A DNA stretch of 64,000 nucleotides, from contig CM030332.1 of assembly GCA_017654855.1 (NCBI GenBank), positions 5,890,001-5,954,000 of the forward strand, read 5' to 3'. Both the position numbers and the translations under genes were made by a program. The first letter of the stretch is position 1; each line of letters begins with the position of its first letter. The notes beneath the pieces are model-generated. The model was not told the DNA's origin, did not search any database, and saw only the letters and a list, made by a program, of their open reading frames with translations. Below, one piece after another: positions 58,942 through 64,000 of this stretch. This DNA is from Podospora anserina. Lineage: Eukaryota.

Positions 58942-59698
58942 GCGGCTCATTTTAATATGTAGAATTAAATGTAGATAAGCAAAGTGGTTGTTAGTGAAAG
59001 AGCACTGCAATGTAAAGAGGATGAAGGGGCTGAGGAAGACCATCGACTATATTTCTGGGATCATACAAGTGTTTAGCAAACTGGTGCGCAGGAGCTATTG
59101 TTGGGGGTTGCGGACACCCTTTAATGAGGATGCCAACGAGTCCCGAAACCTGCTCATGATCTCCGCATCTTTATGTCCGCATTTACAATATAGTGGTTCC
59201 CAAAGATTGTTGTACCCCGTGTCACAGATACCAAACTCGCATTAACGCGGTGGCTAAGTTTTATCAGTATTATACCCAACTAAGTTTTCATCAAGGTAAC
59301 TATTGCACTTACGGGGCTCTCAGGCTCCTCGCTCAAACGAGTCTGATGCGGCCGACTCGGAGACCAGCCACCCCTTTGCCGTCGCCACTCAAACGGTGCT
59401 ACTCTGGAAATTCCCCTGCGGAGGCGGCAGCGGAAAATGGGGCCTTGATGCATCTGATGTGCAAGGAGATGGAGGCTTACGAGTCTCAGAGCCGGAAGAA
59501 GGTGAAAGAAGATGCTAACGATAAATTTGTAAGGATACAGGATATCATCGAGGCCCTCCATCACCATGACACCACCCTCCATAACCATCACACAATTTCG
59601 CCGCCTTGTCCGGCATGGTGGCGTCCTCCTTGCCTCTGGATCGACCCAATGCCCAAAATGGACTGGCAAAACTTGCGTCAGCAGTGGATCAACCGCGC

Positions 59699-61429
59699 TC
59701 AAGCGGTAGTGGCAGCAGCATCAGGGAGCCGTCCCATCTCGGCGCTCTTAATCAGCGTTCCCTCTGCCTCTGTATCAGATTCTGGGGCAACGCTGAACTC
59801 ATGAGTCGATGGGTTGTACCGCAGCCATTCGTTTGTTGAAGTCGCAATCTTGTGTCCCAGCCACAGTACACGGCCCTTGCGCTCTTCTGCCATGGAAGCT
59901 ACTTCAAAATACTTTTCGTCATCGTCGATCTTCACGTTCGAGAAACAATCGCTGGGAAACACTCTGTCCGCCCAAGCAAGTCCCCGCATGGCATAATCCT
60001 CCGGCAATGGTCTCTGGGACTCGGATTTGGGCAGAGTGCTTCCTTCAACACGATCATAGTTCTTGAAAAAACCAAGCAATGTGTTCATCATCGACGCAGT
60101 CCGCTTCCAAGGAAATTCCGGCGCCACATAGCGAATGGCTTCCGGATAGAACGTAAGATGATATATAAAAACGAGAGTAACGTGAAGAAACGGAAGAACG
60201 TTAGGGTCGGTATTCCGGCGTGACACAATATCGTGTGTTCGAGAAAAGAGCTTGAGGGCGTTGGCCAGATCTTCTGGGACTGGAGAATCAAGGTCGCTAT
60301 CCTGCATTGGCTGGTCTTGAGACTCTTTATCAGTAGCACGGCTTTGCTTTATGGCTTTCGAGATTGGGTTGGCTTCATTGCCATAGCCGAGTACCGCACA
60401 GCAGTTTGCGATTCCCATGTGATATCCGGCCTCGAGCCATTTGCGACTGGAACGAGTGATTTGGTTATCCAGAGACTGGAGGAAGTCGTCCATGGTTGGG
60501 TGCAGCTTGTGCTTTTGTGTCCCGCTGAACATGATGGCATGAACCTTGACGAATGCGAACTCGGCAACCGAGAGTCTGGATTGCTGCTGATTGGGCGTTG
60601 GAGCCAGGATTGGGTCGAACAGAGTCATAATACTCTCGCGAGCAGAGTCGAAAGGGATCGCAACACAAAGAGACTTGGTGTAGTAGTAGAGCTGCTGAAG
60701 CGCGTTGGGGCGGGTCAGAATGGCCAAATGGTGATAGAGCCGCCCAGTAGTCGGGGCCTTGTCGGAAGCTTTGGAATACCAATGACGGCTCACAGCAGTC
60801 CAGTTCTCTCTGTCCCGAATGTCGTCATCTTCGATGGCCATCCTGTAGCGCCCAAGATCACCAAGACATTCAATCCAGGTATCCTCGAACGCTGGAACAG
60901 TCTCATAAAGAAGAGCCATGATTGAATATGCGAGGTAAATAAACATGAGCATATGCTCCAGGCTTGCTGGGAGTCGGTGTCTGAGGAGCTCGAGAAACGA
61001 ATGGATACCGTGCCGCCACATGCGCGCAGGCATGGCGTATTTGGAAGTCAATCTTCTCAGGGCCGGGCTCGCGGAAGGGTGTTGAGAGGCGAGGAAGAAA
61101 TCATGATGTTCGTGGAGCAGGGTTCTGTGGAGAGCTATCAAGGCCTGCCACTGCTCGTTGTTGAGCTTGTTGCTTGGATCATCTTGCGAGTTTTGGGCGT
61201 TGTCAACCTCGATGCATTTGCTCTCCACCATAACCAAACCGGCGTAGATGCCTTTCACCTCGGCAACAAGCTGATCTTGGGAAATGGGCCGAGTCTCAGG
61301 CTGCTTGATGAGTTCAGTTGGGTTATCCTGTTCTATGTGGATGGAGCTTCGAGATGTGGTAGGGGGTTGCCGACGATAGGGCTTGGAGGTTGGTGTAGAT
61401 GGAACCCGGGAGGCACTGGTGAAATCCAT
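59699..61429 (-). CDS. Est1/SMG6-type DNA/RNA-binding (14-3-3-like) domain protein, intronless, no PIN domain
   Basis: QPETRPISQDQLVAEVKGIYAGLVMVESKC, HEHHDFFLASQHPSAS, WIECLGDLGRYRMAIE, GRLYHHLAIL and RPLPEDYAMRGL. Confidence 0.88.
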   Translation of the reverse strand: MDFTSASRVPSTPTSKPYRRQPPTTSRSSIHIEQDNPTELIKQPETRPISQDQLVAEVKGIYAGLVMVESKCIEVDNAQNSQDDPSNKLNNEQWQALIALHRTLLHEHHDFFLASQHPSASPALRRLTSKYAMPARMWRHGIHSFLELLRHRLPASLEHMLMFIYLAYSIMALLYETVPAFEDTWIECLGDLGRYRMAIEDDDIRDRENWTAVSRHWYSKASDKAPTTGRLYHHLAILTRPNALQQLYYYTKSLCVAIPFDSARESIMTLFDPILAPTPNQQQSRLSVAEFAFVKVHAIMFSGTQKHKLHPTMDDFLQSLDNQITRSSRKWLEAGYHMGIANCCAVLGYGNEANPISKAIKQSRATDKESQDQPMQDSDLDSPVPEDLANALKLFSRTHDIVSRRNTDPNVLPFLHVTLVFIYHLTFYPEAIRYVAPEFPWKRTASMMNTLLGFFKNYDRVEGSTLPKSESQRPLPEDYAMRGLAWADRVFPSDCFSNVKIDDDEKYFEVASMAEERKGRVLWLGHKIATSTNEWLRYNPSTHEFSVAPESDTEAEGTLIKSAEMGRLPDAAATTA

Positions 61430-62132
61430 TATTATTTTGCAAAGACGAGATTTGGAATGCAAGTCAAAATGGAATTTGGTAGCATAAGTTGGAAAAGTGT
61501 TCGTCCCGTCCCTTAAACACCTACAAAGTCGTTTGCAAGGGCAGCAGAATATGCGAACTGGTGCGCACAGTTGGATCGCCTTGTCGACGCCTTACGGTCG
61601 CCTGGTCTCCCTCGCAGATTGCTAGATACCGGGGAACCCTTGTCCCATACTTTCTCTGCCACCTAGAACTGGTTTCCGGCAGCAAAAGCAGCCGTCAATC
61701 CCCCCGCCTTCCCCCTAACGAACCAAGTATAAGCTTTGTATATGCGGGTCGCTTCTAGGCTGTTATTACTAGAAAGGCAGCATTCGATAAGCAAATGAAC
61801 TGTGTTCCGCAGATGAGGAACGAAAAAACTCGTCGCGTAAAACGGGAAAAGTGCCTGATAGGCTCCCGGGCAGGCCCCATAAGTACGCTATCAGGATCCC
61901 AACAGGGGGTCAGTTTAATCCACCCTACCTCCAAGAGAATATTTGCCCTCTCGTTCACTGGTGGGTCTGTTTGGCTCCGAGAGCCATTTCTGGAGCGCAG
62001 TCAAGACCAGAGTTTGTGGGGGATGGATCTTGGATGCAGCTGTTCGGTCCTCGTCTGTTGCAGCCCGCAATAAGAATCAGCACTGTGTATAGACAAGTGT
62101 CACACGAAGTATTCACGCCCTGTGGTCTACAT

Positions 62133-62260
62133 CTACGCCAGCGGCCTCGATTTTCACTTACCTCGCTACTGACTTCGATTTTCACCCACCTCGCCAGTGG
62201 CCTCGATTTTTGCTTACTTCGCCAACGACTCTCCACTTTACCCACCTCACTAGCGAACCA
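62133..62260. repeat. Degenerate ~28-bp tandem array, same family as 32021-32130
   Basis: CGATTTTCACCCACCTCGCCAGTGGCCT and variants, 4-5 units. Confidence 0.72.
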
Positions 62261-64000
62261 CAGTCACAGCCTCTTTTCGTCGCCCTATGAAGAACGGCAG
62301 ATTTGCTGCCACCAGTGTAGTCAAGCATGTTCTAGCTCGGTAAGGGCGGACGCCAACAGAGGGTCGAGATTGGGGCTGGTCAACGAAGGAGTAAGAAGCG
62401 GGAATATTTATTATCGCTGCACCTCGCTCCGAAAGCGTCTCCACTATGTTACACTTGCCCGTGTTAGCGTCAGACGACGCAGTATTGCATTGCTCCACTC
62501 ACCGCTCACCTACCCTCAATATCCGGGATGGGCACAAGGCTTTTGACGGTGGAGATCCTGAACAGGGATCTTTGGTGGTGGAATTCCCGGAGGCTTTCTG
62601 AGTGGCAGGCAGAACGTCTCAGTAAAGCGCAAAAAAGATAATCATCTTCTCCATCTCCAACCTGGCCCTACTTCCCGCAGCCCTCTTCGTCCGATGTATT
62701 CTATGACTCGCCTTGTGAGAAACTCGCCTGCTTCCGGTTTTACTTGGAATTCTGGATCCACGGGCAGAGGCAGATACGTTGTCGTTGATGGCGCCGCTAC
62801 TTTAGTGCTACCTGTCAGAAGGCTCCCATTCTGGGGGGCTGCCAAGCCAACACCTCCAGCTGAGCGATGCACAGGTACCTCTAAAATCTACTACAGTAGA
62901 TGGGCTATATGATACCCCTGTCATGTAGTCAGGTACCTGAGTTCCGACCAAACCTTGCACTTTTTATGCACGAGAATAGAGGACGTATTTAATTGTTCTT
63001 TTCCTCCATGATCACGAACTGGCAGGGACACCTCTCGTAGTGGTCAAGCAGGCCTTTAGAAGCGCCATGCTTCTTCAGAGTCTGATAAAACAAAAGAAGT
63101 TCCGCGGCTTGGGGACAGTTTTCCTCCTTACTTCCAATCTCAGAATCGAGACCTAGATCATCGGCGTGCACAGCATATTGAAGCTCAGCCGTGGTTTTCC
63201 CCATAGCGATCTCGTCGGACACACACGATCCTGACCCTCCGAAGAAGAAGCGGACTCTCTTGATGGCCTTACAGTGGAAGACCAAGAAGCCGAGCCGTCA
63301 GGTAGCCTCGAGCCCGGAGGAAGGCGTTTAGGAGACCGTTCAGGAACAAGCCGCTAGCCAAATTACTATGGCAGCCAGTTCAGTCACCGTTAAGGTTAAT
63401 CCTACAAGGATTCGGTCAGGGAGGGTTACTAGGCCTACTGCCAGAGCTAGAGGCGAGGGTTGAATTCGGTGGAGCAAGTAAAGAGCTCAGTCCCTGAGAA
63501 AGCGATTCCTGGCTGGGTTTAGAAATGAGCTTAGATTTGAGCCCGGGGTAAACACACGCAAAATTGCGCTTAGCTACCGGCCGAACAGCTTAGGCACAGA
63601 AAAAAAGGAAGAAATGTAAGGGGGAAAAGGGCGGAATGGTGGGATAAAATAGTAGGGGTAGCCGGGATGATGGCTCATGATCTTAAAAAGATGGAACCTC
63701 TTCTCCGCCTTGGAGAGAGTATCGATGAACATTGATCACAATGACATTATTGAGTTGGCTCCAGAATATCACTATAATGTTCCCCCGCTCCCATCTTCTG
63801 ATTGTCCTATTTCCATCCACCTTCCTATTCCTTCTTGTCGAACAGGCCAACCGTCCTGGCCAGTCGATCCCGCTCTGCTCTATGACTCAAACGGCAAGCT
63901 GAGGAGAAAACAGGTCAAGCCATCTTCCCGACCCGACAACTACATTAAACACTGACCAGCTCTGACGGCCAAGGTTCGACTGAAATCCCAGAGCAGGTGA

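Noticed and set aside
60233-61516. Long plus-strand ORFs opposite the Est1-like gene (and similar shadows over gag-pol and the transposase)
   Set aside because: Antisense shadows of real coding sequence, with no motifs

Overview
This is filamentous-ascomycete DNA (short GT-AG introns with CTAAC branch points, RIP-type C>T mutation), from a repeat-rich accessory-type region rather than core genome. Recognisable genes are a Pcl-type cyclin, a LaeA-like methyltransferase, a terpene synthase, a DCR2-like phosphoesterase, a Cps1-like GT2, an Est1/SMG6-type protein and TPR-like proteins. They lie among many gene fragments, two large inverted segmental duplications (about 2.5 kb and 1.5 kb) and a patchwork of short duplicated pieces. 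Mobile DNA comprises a young, internally deleted Ty3/gypsy chromovirus (32227-37647, identical-looking 372-bp LTRs, GGTCG TSD), a related solo LTR with a different U3, a Fot1/pogo DNA transposon (40788-42641), MULE and pogo relics, and a probable RIP-degraded DUF3435 (Starship captain) 3' fragment. The standout observation is an antisense module in the 3' region of the retrotransposon. It consists of a spliced Zn-cluster-like ORF followed by two tandem units, each a tRNA-like cloverleaf (perfect Pol III B-box) + a 19-20-bp hairpin + an oligo-T terminator, with compensatory base changes between the copies. This architecture resembles tRNA-miRNA (TMER-like) genes. All family assignments come from motif recognition by eye; no database searches were run.
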